IMG/VR virus record: IMGVR_UViG_3300022907_000007 | Coordinates: 10,743-74,742 of that record | Strand: one strand, 5' to 3' | DNA from: a virus | Length of the DNA: 64,000 nucleotides | In this document: in pieces, positions 27,714 to 37,231 of the stretch | Layout: each line of letters starts with the position of its first letter | Position numbering within the stretch: the stretch's first letter is position 1 | Notes under the pieces: model-generated | The model's database searches: none | Told to the model about the DNA's origin: nothing | What the model saw: the letters and a program-made list of their open reading frames with translations, nothing else | Made by a program: the position numbers and the translations under genes

Positions 27714-28128
27714 AGAAACTTTTTCTTCTGATTCTTACGCAGATACTAGCTTAACGGCAACTATCACTCCTTCCAGTACAAGCAGTAAAGTGCTTGTTTT
27801 AGTGACTCAAAGATTATTAGTTACAGAAGCTCAATCCGGTATTGGTTATGGAAACAACTCTAATATGGGATGGAAGGTAGTTAGAGATTCTACAGACCTT
27901 ATGAACCCCGGTAGCGATAGCGGAGGTAAATACTCTATGGGGTTGGCCGCTTCTGACACAAGCAGTGGAAATCTTATGATGACTGCGTATATAAATTATG
28001 CATATTTGGATTCACCCGGTAAAGCAACAGCTTGCGTGTACAAAACACAAGCCGCAAAAGGAACGTCCGGGATGGGTTCCGTTTACACAAGAGATGGATT
28101 TATCACCCTAATTGAAATCGCAGGCTAA
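27589..28128 (+). CDS. Fibre-tip cassette protein 3 (ends IEIAG)
   Basis: ATITPSSTSSKVLV, YLDSP and EIAG shared with paralogues. Confidence 0.7.
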   Translation: MSSIIKVDQIQLADGSTPTAGDLGLNVTGSTLQTVNAVFSGSETFSSDSYADTSLTATITPSSTSSKVLVLVTQRLLVTEAQSGIGYGNNSNMGWKVVRDSTDLMNPGSDSGGKYSMGLAASDTSSGNLMMTAYINYAYLDSPGKATACVYKTQAAKGTSGMGSVYTRDGFITLIEIAG

Positions 28129-28139
28129 AGGAGAAACAC

Positions 28140-28523
28140 ATGGCAAGCGTATCACAGGCTTTATCAGAGCTTAATATTACAGAATGGGTTCTCCGTGGAG
28201 AGCCTACAACAGAGGCAGAGTTCAACGAAATGTTCCGCAAGGTCACTGGAGCAGACGCTAATGGTAGTGCCATTGAGTCAGCTAACTCAGCAGACTGGGG
28301 CGTAACGTGGACTCAGGTATCAGCCAAGGTCACAGAGCTTACAGCGGCAGAACCGATGAAGGCATTGCGTGAAGAACGTAACCGCCGAATCGCTGAGACA
28401 GACTGGTGGGCATCATCTGATCTGACCATGACTGCTGAACAGACTGCATACCGTCAGGAACTGCGCGACATCACAAACAGCGCAACATCGCTTGATGACG
28501 TAACTTGGCCTACAAAGCCTTAA
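28140..28523 (+). CDS. Tail fibre assembly chaperone
   Basis: LREERNRRIAETDWW...YRQELRDI...WPTKP. Confidence 0.8.
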   Translation: MASVSQALSELNITEWVLRGEPTTEAEFNEMFRKVTGADANGSAIESANSADWGVTWTQVSAKVTELTAAEPMKALREERNRRIAETDWWASSDLTMTAEQTAYRQELRDITNSATSLDDVTWPTKP

Positions 28524-28535
28524 TAGGAGATTGCC

Positions 28536-29042
28536 GTGTCTAAAATAGCTATCAAAGGTGCTACTACTGGCACTGGCACATTTACTATTGAAAGCCCTGC
28601 GACTAACACAGACCGCACACTGACTCTGCCAGATGAGGCGGGGACGGTTGTCACAAAAAATGGTTCTGGGACGATTGCGTCAACAAATATTTCCGATGGA
28701 ACAAACAGCACAAGCACTACGAATGTTGTCAAGGGTAGCGCAAAGGCATGGGCTAATTACAACGGATCATCTAACACTTTAGATAATAATTACGGAGTAA
28801 GTTCTGTAACAGATAATGGTACAGGTGATTTTACATTTAATTTTACAACTGCATTTGCTAACGCAAATTACGCTGTTTCAGGGGCTGTCGGTAACGATAA
28901 TAACACGGACACAACAAATACCTGCATACGGCCCGGAGCAAAAACAACATCTTCTTGTAGAGTAAGTATTAACTATGCATCTGCAGGGACAAATTCTTTA
29001 TACGATTACAGCGATATAAGCATAGTAATTTTCGGAGACTAA
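28536..29042 (+). CDS. Tail fibre-associated protein
   Basis: TLTLPD, AKAWANYNG, VSSVTDNGTG. Confidence 0.65.
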   Translation: MSKIAIKGATTGTGTFTIESPATNTDRTLTLPDEAGTVVTKNGSGTIASTNISDGTNSTSTTNVVKGSAKAWANYNGSSNTLDNNYGVSSVTDNGTGDFTFNFTTAFANANYAVSGAVGNDNNTDTTNTCIRPGAKTTSSCRVSINYASAGTNSLYDYSDISIVIFGD

Positions 29043-29045
29043 GTA

Positions 29046-29288
29046 GTGAATCAACGAATTATTTATACAACAGACGAAGGCGATCTTGCGGTAATCATTC
29101 CTACGAACGAAGCACTACAAACTCACACTATCCAAGAAATTGCAGAGAAAGACGTACCGGCAGGAAAGCCATACAAGATCGTCTCAGTGGATGACATCCC
29201 ATCAGACCGCACTTTCCGCAATGCGTGGACGGTTGACGAGACGACATTGACCGATGGTGTTGGAGCAGATCGGAGTACGTTTGAATGA
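29046..29288 (+). CDS. Hypothetical tail-associated protein
   Basis: KDVPAG.PY, DRTFRNAW. Confidence 0.6.
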   Translation: MNQRIIYTTDEGDLAVIIPTNEALQTHTIQEIAEKDVPAGKPYKIVSVDDIPSDRTFRNAWTVDETTLTDGVGADRSTFE

Positions 29289-29506
29289 TTACCGTAGACA
29301 TGACCAAGGCCAAGGCCATAGCACACGAGAAGCGCAGACAGGCACGGGCTGAAGAATTTGCACCACTGGACATCAAGGCCACAATCCCTACGGAAGCTGA
29401 TGCGGCTGAAGCGGCTAGACAGATAGTGCGTGATAAGTACGATACAATGCAAACAGCAATGGATGCGGCTGAGACACCTGAAGCATTGAAGGAATTATTG
29501 CCATGA
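29285..29506 (+). CDS. Hypothetical helical protein, chaperone-like
   Basis: Coupled ORF. Confidence 0.6.
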   Translation: MITVDMTKAKAIAHEKRRQARAEEFAPLDIKATIPTEADAAEAARQIVRDKYDTMQTAMDAAETPEALKELLP

Positions 29507-30645
29507 GCCAACTCAACGTAGATACAATCAAGAAAGCTGACGGCACAGGCAACCTCAGTGTCCCTGCTGAGACAGGTACGGTGGTGACCACTTCATCTCC
29601 ATCGTTGGGGCGCAGGAATCTCATCATCAACGGTGCGATGCAGGTGGCACAGCGTGGGACGAGTCAGTCAGGTGTATCTAATACTTCTGGTTACTATGTC
29701 TGCGATAGATGGAATGGTGAGGAAACGGGGTTTCAAACTCCTGCGTTTACTATTAGCCAAGAAACCTCTGTTGTCCCTGACGGATTTGGTGCGGCGTTAA
29801 AGTACGATGTTACTACTGCTGACGCAACTTTAGGAGCAGATAATAGTTGGATTATTCAACAACGCCTAGAAGGGCAAGACCTTCAAGGATTAAAGTTTGG
29901 AACATCATCTGCTCAATCCTTAACATTATCGTTCTGGGTTTACTCTAACAAAACCGGAACATGGATTGCTGAACTACAAAACAATGATGCAACAAGACAT
30001 ATCTCTCAAGCGTATACAATCAATTCAGCAAATACTTGGGAACAAAAAACTCTGACGTTTTCAGGAGATACCACTAGCGGTTTTGACAACGATAACAATG
30101 CATCTTTGTATGTAAACTTCTGGCTATATGGCGGGACAAACTTTACCAGTGGAACTTTAGCAACCTCATGGGCCGCAACTACAAACGCTAATCGTGCAGT
30201 AGGACAAGTTAATTTTGCCGACAGTACAGACAACAACTTCTATCTCGCCGGAGTCCAACTCGAAGTCGGCTCTGTTGCGACACCTTTCGAGCATCGCTCA
30301 TACGGGGAGGAGCTTGCGTTGTGTCAGAGGTATTTTTATAGGGCGAGTAGAGGAACAATTATTGGTGCTTACATTGATTCAAATCGTATAGATGCAACGA
30401 TTCATTTCCCTACTACTATGAGGGCTACCCCCACTATAACCGCATCTTCTGGAACAAACTACTGGTATGCATATACTGGAGGATCGCCAGATTATTTTAA
30501 TGCGTGGTCAGGAGCCGGAGGTGCTTCCGTAAACAACGGATCAATGTATGTGAGTAGTGGAGAAATTTCTGGGCCTGATAACGCAGGGTGTCAAATATCT
30601 TTCTCAACTGATGATTCATATTTTCAAGCAGATGCGGAGTTATAA
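29503..30645 (+). CDS. Tail fibre protein with putative carbohydrate-binding domain
   Basis: RNLIINGAMQVAQRGTS...GVQLEVGSVATPFEHR..ELALCQRYF. Confidence 0.75.
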   Translation: MSQLNVDTIKKADGTGNLSVPAETGTVVTTSSPSLGRRNLIINGAMQVAQRGTSQSGVSNTSGYYVCDRWNGEETGFQTPAFTISQETSVVPDGFGAALKYDVTTADATLGADNSWIIQQRLEGQDLQGLKFGTSSAQSLTLSFWVYSNKTGTWIAELQNNDATRHISQAYTINSANTWEQKTLTFSGDTTSGFDNDNNASLYVNFWLYGGTNFTSGTLATSWAATTNANRAVGQVNFADSTDNNFYLAGVQLEVGSVATPFEHRSYGEELALCQRYFYRASRGTIIGAYIDSNRIDATIHFPTTMRATPTITASSGTNYWYAYTGGSPDYFNAWSGAGGASVNNGSMYVSSGEISGPDNAGCQISFSTDDSYFQADAEL

Positions 30646-30840
30646 ATGGAATCTATGGACATTACATCAGCTAAATATGTAAACGATCCTGCTAATATTA
30701 AAGCAGTGTCAATTACTGCCACGATTGACGGTGATACTTTGTTTGTCCCACTCGATCCCGCAAACCGCCACTACGCAGAAATCATGCGTCAGGTTGAGGC
30801 GGGTGAGCTAACCATACAAGAAGCAGATGCTGTAGAATAG
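30646..30840 (+). CDS. Small fibre-associated protein
   Basis: VPLDPANRHYAEI. Confidence 0.6.
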   Translation: MESMDITSAKYVNDPANIKAVSITATIDGDTLFVPLDPANRHYAEIMRQVEAGELTIQEADAVE

Positions 30841-30864
30841 GCAAAGGATTCAGAGGATTAAGTA

Positions 30865-31401
30865 ATGGCAGATACCACAACCACTACCTACGGCCTAACC
30901 AAGCCAGAGCTTGGAGCCAGTGAGAACACATGGGGCCAGAAACTCAATAGTAATTTGGATAGTATTGACGATCTACTCGATGGAACAACTGCCATCGCGC
31001 CTAATTTGACAGCGGGATCGTGGCAAGTCGGCGGTACTGCAGTTACATCGACTGCGGCAGAGCTAAACATCCTTGATGGTGTTACTGCTACATCGGCAGA
31101 GTTGAACGCTCTGGATGGCATCACAGCAACTGTCACAGAGCTTAACTACACAGACGGTGTTACATCAGCCATTCAGACACAGTTAGATGCCAAGGCTCCG
31201 CTAGCGTCTCCTGCGCTAACAGGAACGCCAACAGCGCCTACAGCATCGGCGGGGACAAACAACACGCAGGTTGCAACTACCGCTTATGTAGACACTGCGG
31301 TTGGAGCTATCCCTGCTCTTGAATACGCAACACAGACAACAATTGGTGGCGTGAGAGCGTACACATCAGGTAGCAATCTTTACATCTTCCTGAGCGCATA
31401 A
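30865..31401 (+). CDS. Tail fibre protein
   Basis: [23 protein letters not shown] repeats, [12 protein letters not shown]. Confidence 0.7.
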   Translation: MADTTTTTYGLTKPELGASENTWGQKLNSNLDSIDDLLDGTTAIAPNLTAGSWQVGGTAVTSTAAELNILDGVTATSAELNALDGITATVTELNYTDGVTSAIQTQLDAKAPLASPALTGTPTAPTASAGTNNTQVATTAYVDTAVGAIPALEYATQTTIGGVRAYTSGSNLYIFLSA

Positions 31402-31403
31402 TC

Positions 31404-31850
31404 ATGGCCTTATATGTAGATGGCACTGAGTATAAATGGTACGAGAAGACCATCTCTGTCGATGGATCGACTCTTAGTAGCCCAGATAGCCCCGGAGATA
31501 TTTATGTCGGCGGCACAAAAGTATTTGGGCTTACTGGGTTTAGTTCTGAGACAACAATAATGTCTGGTGGACTAGCCCCTGACTCTGCTGATATTGAAAA
31601 CATGCTATCTACGTTTCAATCCTTAGACGCATTTCATTCTCAAGGATATACGCAGGGGCCGGGTACAGACACAACCTATACTGTCTACGTTAAAGAAGGT
31701 TACAGGGTGGTGTCATCCGATGGCACTTTCACTGGCACAGCATCTCCGGGGACTCAGGTTAACTTTTATTCTGGGCGAACAGTGACTGGTATTAATACAT
31801 CTCACAATGGCGGCACAAGTTTTACTGTGCGCCGTGACAATGGAGTTTAA
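31404..31850 (+). CDS. Hypothetical tail protein
   Basis: Gly/Thr/Ser-rich ORF in tail operon. Confidence 0.6.
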   Translation: MALYVDGTEYKWYEKTISVDGSTLSSPDSPGDIYVGGTKVFGLTGFSSETTIMSGGLAPDSADIENMLSTFQSLDAFHSQGYTQGPGTDTTYTVYVKEGYRVVSSDGTFTGTASPGTQVNFYSGRTVTGINTSHNGGTSFTVRRDNGV

Positions 31851-31852
31851 CA

Positions 31853-33331
31853 ATGCCACTGATACCACTCCAGTTGAAGCCGGGCATGTATCGCAACGGC
31901 ACAGAGTACGAGCAGTCTAATCGTTGGAGAGATGGCTCGTTAGTGCGTTGGTCAGAAGGCTCATTGCGCCCAGTAGGCGGTTGGACTGCGTTCACAACTG
32001 CCGCTGTTAATGCGGCCCCGAGAGGCATGCATGGATGGCGTGCTAATGACGACTCAAACAACATTGCTGTCGGAACGTACAACAAGCTGTACTACATTTC
32101 ATCTTCAGGAACTCTCACAGATATCACTCCTGTAGGGATAACTGCCGGGCGTGAGGATGCAACTCAAAATACTGGGTACAGCGGCGGTTATTACAATGTT
32201 GGAACGTACTCGACTCCGCGCACACCAACAGCTACTTACCTTCCGGCTACAACGTGGGCAATCGACAACTGGGGTGAATACCTCGTTGCCTGTTCTATTG
32301 ATGACGGCAAGATTTACGAGTGGCAGTTGAATACATCGAATCCTGCGGCAGTGATCACTAACGCCCCGGTCAACAACAGATCAATGGTTGTGACAGAAGA
32401 GCGGTTCATCTTTGCTCTTGGCGCAGATGGCAATCCTCGTAAGGTTTCATGGTGTGACCGAGAAGACAACACCACTTGGACTCCTGCGGCAACCAACGAG
32501 GCAGGTGATCTAGAGCTACAGACTTCTGGATCGATCATGACAGCGACTCGTGTACGAGGCCGCACACTGATCCTGACAGACACAGATGCTCACATCGCTA
32601 CTTATCAAGGGCCGCCTTATGTCTACGGCTTTGAGCGCATTGGTTCAGCGTGTGGCACTGACTCACCAAACTCACTGGTAGCGGTTGACCAGTTTGCATT
32701 CTGGATGGGGCAGAAAGGCTTCTTCATGTTCAACGGGTCTGTACCTACAGAGTTGAACTGTGACGTATCCGACTATGTATTCCGGGATATCAACACAAAC
32801 CAAATATCTAAGGTCTATGGCGTTCACAACTCGCGGTACTCAGAGATCTGGTGGTTCTACCCATCGGAAGACTCAGTAGAGAATAATCGCTATGTGACCT
32901 TTGACTACAAGGATCAGATCTGGACGTTTGGCAACCTATCCCGCACAGCGGCGATCGACACCGGCATTCTCAGATACCCAGTGTGGACGACTTCAGATGG
33001 ATACCTGTACTTCCATGAGTACGGCTTCAATCATCAAGGCGACACCACGTTCGTTGAGTCTGGGCCGATCAGCCTAGGCAATGGCGACACAGTCATGAAG
33101 GTCAACCAGTTAGTCCCTGATGAACTCAATCAGGGTGACGTAACGGCTAAGTTTAAGACTCGATTCCATCCTAACGACACAGAGCGTGAGTATGGGCCGT
33201 ACACAATGGCTAACCCAACATCTGTACGGTTTACCGGCAGGCAGATGCGGATGCGGCTAGAGACAACAGTCAACTCAGACTGGCGAGCAGGCATTATGCG
33301 GGTCAAGGCAACCCCAGGCGGTGAGAGATGA
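31853..33331 (+). CDS. Tail hub/nozzle (P22 gp10-like DNA stabilisation protein)
   Basis: About 490 aa, beta-propeller-like composition, WTPAATNEAG, EIWWFYP. Confidence 0.65.
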   Translation: MPLIPLQLKPGMYRNGTEYEQSNRWRDGSLVRWSEGSLRPVGGWTAFTTAAVNAAPRGMHGWRANDDSNNIAVGTYNKLYYISSSGTLTDITPVGITAGREDATQNTGYSGGYYNVGTYSTPRTPTATYLPATTWAIDNWGEYLVACSIDDGKIYEWQLNTSNPAAVITNAPVNNRSMVVTEERFIFALGADGNPRKVSWCDREDNTTWTPAATNEAGDLELQTSGSIMTATRVRGRTLILTDTDAHIATYQGPPYVYGFERIGSACGTDSPNSLVAVDQFAFWMGQKGFFMFNGSVPTELNCDVSDYVFRDINTNQISKVYGVHNSRYSEIWWFYPSEDSVENNRYVTFDYKDQIWTFGNLSRTAAIDTGILRYPVWTTSDGYLYFHEYGFNHQGDTTFVESGPISLGNGDTVMKVNQLVPDELNQGDVTAKFKTRFHPNDTEREYGPYTMANPTSVRFTGRQMRMRLETTVNSDWRAGIMRVKATPGGER

Positions 33332-33987
33332 TTAAGCCGCCTCCTCCACTCGGTGACTTATGGACAGAGTGGGGCGAACGCCTCAACACTTATCTCGTTC
33401 GTTTCATGAACCGCATCCAGTTCAAGCAGGCAGATGACTCTGCAAGCGATGACGGCGTGTTCTTGTGGGATCGAGAAATCAATCAGCCGGTTGTCTCGTA
33501 CAACAACGAATGGGTTCCACTGGCGTACAGCTACAATAGCTTTGGCGCGTTTTACACGTTAACAACTCAGGCCGCTACAACGATCAACACAGCTACAGCA
33601 ATCACATGGGGCAACACGGCGGTTGCAAGTGGTATGGCGGTAGATGGTGCAGTAACAAGTAGAATAAATTTCAGCAGAGCAGGCACATATGAAATTCACT
33701 TTTCCGCCGAGATGCATTCGGAAAGTGCATCAGCTAAAACCATGTACATGTGGCCGCGTATCAACGGCACTGATGTGTCGGGTTCGACAATGGTTAACGT
33801 CATTACCGCAAACGATCAGCGTAAGACTGTCTCACGCACTGGTCTATTCCAAGTGGAGAGCGGTGATTACTTGGAAGCTATGTTCGCTGTGGATGACCTT
33901 GACCTTGACCTTCATGGGATTGCGGCTACGGCGTTTTGCCCGGCAAGTCCAAGTGTCACACTGGTAATCACTGAGGTGACTGTATGA
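33328..33987 (+). CDS. Tail needle/structural protein
   Basis: Follows nozzle; C-terminal beta-sandwich-like region. Confidence 0.55.
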   Translation: MIKPPPPLGDLWTEWGERLNTYLVRFMNRIQFKQADDSASDDGVFLWDREINQPVVSYNNEWVPLAYSYNSFGAFYTLTTQAATTINTATAITWGNTAVASGMAVDGAVTSRINFSRAGTYEIHFSAEMHSESASAKTMYMWPRINGTDVSGSTMVNVITANDQRKTVSRTGLFQVESGDYLEAMFAVDDLDLDLHGIAATAFCPASPSVTLVITEVTV

Positions 33988-34391
33988 CTTACGGACATAA
34001 CCTAGCCCAACAACTACCGATGGAAGACATCATGATGCTAGAACTCGATCGCTGTCGTCAGTGGATCGAAAACGCGCTGATGTACTCAGGAGGCACACAC
34101 GAGTTCATTGATATCGTGAATGGCGTGTTATCAGGTACAATGCAACTGTGGGCCGGTGAGCGTGGATGTGCGGTGACAGAGATCACTGTTTACCCACGCA
34201 AAAAGATTTTGCATGTGTTCCTAGCAGGCGGAGATATGGAACAAATCCTTGATTTTCAGGAATCTGCCGCAGAATTTGCTAGAATAAACAAATGCGACAG
34301 TATGACCATAGCAGGTAGGCGTGGTTGGACACGAGTTTTAGACAAGCACGACTGGGAAGAGTCGTTCTGTGTAATGAGCAAGGAGTTATAA
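33984..34391 (+). CDS. Hypothetical protein, possible GNAT-like fold
   Basis: LHVFLAGGDM...GRRGW; precedes ejection genes. Confidence 0.55.
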   Translation: MTYGHNLAQQLPMEDIMMLELDRCRQWIENALMYSGGTHEFIDIVNGVLSGTMQLWAGERGCAVTEITVYPRKKILHVFLAGGDMEQILDFQESAAEFARINKCDSMTIAGRRGWTRVLDKHDWEESFCVMSKEL

Positions 34392-34766
34392 ATGGGCGGC
34401 GGCGGCGGAAAAGGCGGAAGCCAAACACAGCAGGTTGAGATTCCAAAGTGGATTGAAGATCCTGCAACGCGAAATCTGGCACGAGCGGAAGAGGCTCAGA
34501 AGATCCCTTACATGCCATTTTATGGTGCTGATGTTGCGGCGTTTACCCCAACTCAGACAGCGGCAATGCAGGGCCAGTACGACACTGCGGCGGCATTCGG
34601 TTTAGTTCCACAGGGCGGCGATGTAGCGGCAGGTATGCCACAAGCACAACAGTACGCAGGTGGTTTCATGGGCTACTCATCAGCCCCAATGTATGAGCAA
34701 GCACTGGCCGAGCTAGAGGCTCGCAACCCAGAAGCCGTTGCTCAGTACAACAAGATGTTTGTGTAG
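34392..34766 (+). CDS. Putative ejection protein
   Basis: MGGGGGKGGSQTQ N-terminus. Confidence 0.55.
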   Translation: MGGGGGKGGSQTQQVEIPKWIEDPATRNLARAEEAQKIPYMPFYGADVAAFTPTQTAAMQGQYDTAAAFGLVPQGGDVAAGMPQAQQYAGGFMGYSSAPMYEQALAELEARNPEAVAQYNKMFV

Positions 34767-34775
34767 GAGATAACG

Positions 34776-35471
34776 ATGGCAGGCGCACCACAGGGCGGAG
34801 GTCAGACCGCAACTCCCAATATCAACCAAGCGGCGGCTCAAGGCATTTACGGCGCAGGAATGGGTACTGCGGCAGGCATGGGGTTCGATCCCGGCACACT
34901 AGCCCAGACTGACATCAGCCAGTACCAAAACCCATTCACCGAGCAAGTCATCAAAGCGAACGAAGCAGATATCCTGCGCGGCGCTCAGATGGGCATGAAC
35001 GAGCTAGGCGCTCAAGCATCTCGTGCAGGCGCTTTCGGTGGTTCGCGGCAGGGTGTCGCAGAAGCAGAGATGGGACGCAACGTGCTTCAGCAGTTAGCCC
35101 AGTCATCTGCAGGCTTACGTCAGCAAGGGTTTACCACTGCACAGCAAATGGCACAGCAGGACATCCAGAACCGCATGATGGGTCAGACGGCTCGCACTGG
35201 AGCGGCAGGTCAGCTAGCAAACATCGCACAGACTGGTTTTGGTATGGGTCAGCAAGCACTCGCAGGTCTACAGCAGACTGGAGCGCAACAGCAGGCTCTA
35301 CAGCAGGCGCTTATCGATGCGGCAAAGGGTCAGTACGCAGGTTACGTTGGACAGCCACAGCAGTCGATTGGTTACGTCTCTCAAGCTCTTGGTGCGACAC
35401 CAGTACCTCAGACTACGACTACATCAAAACAGCCGGGTCTATTCGATTACCTCACACTAGCGTTGGCGTAA
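34776..35471 (+). CDS. Putative ejection (DNA transfer) protein
   Basis: Gln/Ala/Gly-rich, YQNPF, GAFGGSRQG. Confidence 0.65.
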   Translation: MAGAPQGGGQTATPNINQAAAQGIYGAGMGTAAGMGFDPGTLAQTDISQYQNPFTEQVIKANEADILRGAQMGMNELGAQASRAGAFGGSRQGVAEAEMGRNVLQQLAQSSAGLRQQGFTTAQQMAQQDIQNRMMGQTARTGAAGQLANIAQTGFGMGQQALAGLQQTGAQQQALQQALIDAAKGQYAGYVGQPQQSIGYVSQALGATPVPQTTTTSKQPGLFDYLTLALA

Positions 35472-35475
35472 TACT

Positions 35476-35898
35476 ATGTTGATGGATGCACTAGACAGTT
35501 ACCTCTCGGCAAAAGATGAAGAATCTAAGTTGAGAAGGCAGATGGCCGCAGGCGGAGATACTGGAGATGTAGCAGGCGCAAACTCGATGAGTGCGGCTGA
35601 CGCTCAGCGGTTACAAAATCTGCAAGCGACAACTCAGCAAAACTTTTTAGAGCATCTAGGCACAACATTAGGCGCTCGCATGTTAGGTAAGACAGGATTA
35701 GATGCATTTGGCGTAGGTCAGGGCAATCAGGCAATGCAGAACGCAATGGCGTATCAGCAATATCAGCGCCCAGAAATGTTAGCCGCAGGATCTACAGACG
35801 GCCTGACAGGCGCTCTCAACGTCCCATCATCAGGAGGCGGCGATAAAAGCAACCTCAAGAAGATGATCGACATGTACAAGATGATGCAGGCAGGGTAA
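35476..35898 (+). CDS. Putative ejection-associated protein
   Basis: Position and composition. Confidence 0.5.
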   Translation: MLMDALDSYLSAKDEESKLRRQMAAGGDTGDVAGANSMSAADAQRLQNLQATTQQNFLEHLGTTLGARMLGKTGLDAFGVGQGNQAMQNAMAYQQYQRPEMLAAGSTDGLTGALNVPSSGGGDKSNLKKMIDMYKMMQAG

Positions 35899-35908
35899 GG
35901 CATAAGTT

Positions 35909-37231
35909 ATGGCTCAAAATACTTTACAAACATTGCGCCCAAGAGCTTCAGGCATTATGGAAGCCTTAATCCAACGGTTTAATACGCCTGAGCGTGTCAT
36001 GCAAATCCCGGAAAGGCCAACACCATTAAGACCGCTAACTGAACAAGAGATTGTATTACCTCTTAGACAGCCAGTAATGCCTAATATGAGCGCGATGGCT
36101 GATGAAGCAATGGGCCAAATGGAAGCATCTACGACTCCTGCTGATTTTCCTGCGGAGACTCCTGAGATTCCACAACAGCCTACTGAAGAGCCGGGCATGT
36201 TTTCCAAGTTGTATGACAGCACTATGGGAGATGAGGCGTGGCGCTTACGCAAGGCTATTGCGCTGAACTCTATGCGGCTAAATCCAGACCAAGGACTAGC
36301 ATCCGCTTTGAGTAGCCGTCTAGATTCCGTTACAAAAATGGGCGTAATGAATAAAACAGCAAAAGCTGTTGCCGACAGATTAAGGTTGATGGGATACGAA
36401 AATGAGGCCGCTCTTGTTGAGGCAAACCCATCAATGGCTAAAGAAGTTTATGCCGCGATCAAGACAAAAGATAAGCCAATGTCAACCATTGGGAAGCTCA
36501 CTGACGACTTAAACAATGGAAGAATCACTCGTGAGGAATATGACATAGGTGTTGAGGCTATAAAGAAATCAGGACTCACGCTCAATTTAGGCGAAAAAGC
36601 TCGTGGGCAAGCATTGGGCGCGGCAGGAAAAGATATATTCAAAGCTGATGTTGACGCGCATGCAGGCGCTGAAAAAGCACTGCAAACAATTGCAAAAGCA
36701 GATGAAATTACTTCTGTTCTAGCATCTGGCGCACCAACGACAGGCTTGACAGCGACATTCAGAAACGCGGTGGATAACGCACTGGCGTTTATTGGCGATA
36801 AAGACGCAATCAGGTCAGCTAGTGATACACAGTTACTGAAATCACTGTTAGGGCAAGACGTATTTGGAGCTATTAATTCATTAGGGATTGGAGCAAAAGG
36901 TCTTGATACTCCTGCAGAACGAGAGTTCTTGATCAGCGTTATGACTGGTGATATCACCATGACTAGTGACGCGATCAGAAAGATCACATCGATTCGCCGT
37001 AAGTATGCTGAACAAGCAATCAAGCAGTACAACTCAAAGGTTAAACGAGGCGATTACGATTTATTAAATAAAGAATTTGGAAATCGATTCAAGCTAATTG
37101 AGATACCAGAGGCTCCAGAAATTACATATGTGGGCGCTCCGCAGGTTGGGACAATTCAAGAACTTGATGGAATAAAATGGAAATACTTAGGCGGAGATCC
37201 AAAAGAACCAAGTAGTTGGGAGGAGCAATAA
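35909..37231 (+). CDS. Putative ejection (DNA transfer) protein
   Basis: Helical 440-aa protein in ejection cluster. Confidence 0.55.
   Translation: MAQNTLQTLRPRASGIMEALIQRFNTPERVMQIPERPTPLRPLTEQEIVLPLRQPVMPNMSAMADEAMGQMEASTTPADFPAETPEIPQQPTEEPGMFSKLYDSTMGDEAWRLRKAIALNSMRLNPDQGLASALSSRLDSVTKMGVMNKTAKAVADRLRLMGYENEAALVEANPSMAKEVYAAIKTKDKPMSTIGKLTDDLNNGRITREEYDIGVEAIKKSGLTLNLGEKARGQALGAAGKDIFKADVDAHAGAEKALQTIAKADEITSVLASGAPTTGLTATFRNAVDNALAFIGDKDAIRSASDTQLLKSLLGQDVFGAINSLGIGAKGLDTPAEREFLISVMTGDITMTSDAIRKITSIRRKYAEQAIKQYNSKVKRGDYDLLNKEFGNRFKLIEIPEAPEITYVGAPQVGTIQELDGIKWKYLGGDPKEPSSWEEQ

Noticed and set aside
26583-28128. Fibre repeats as a DGR or invertase shufflon
   Set aside because: No reverse transcriptase or site-specific recombinase; differences are not adenine-specific; repeats are direct.
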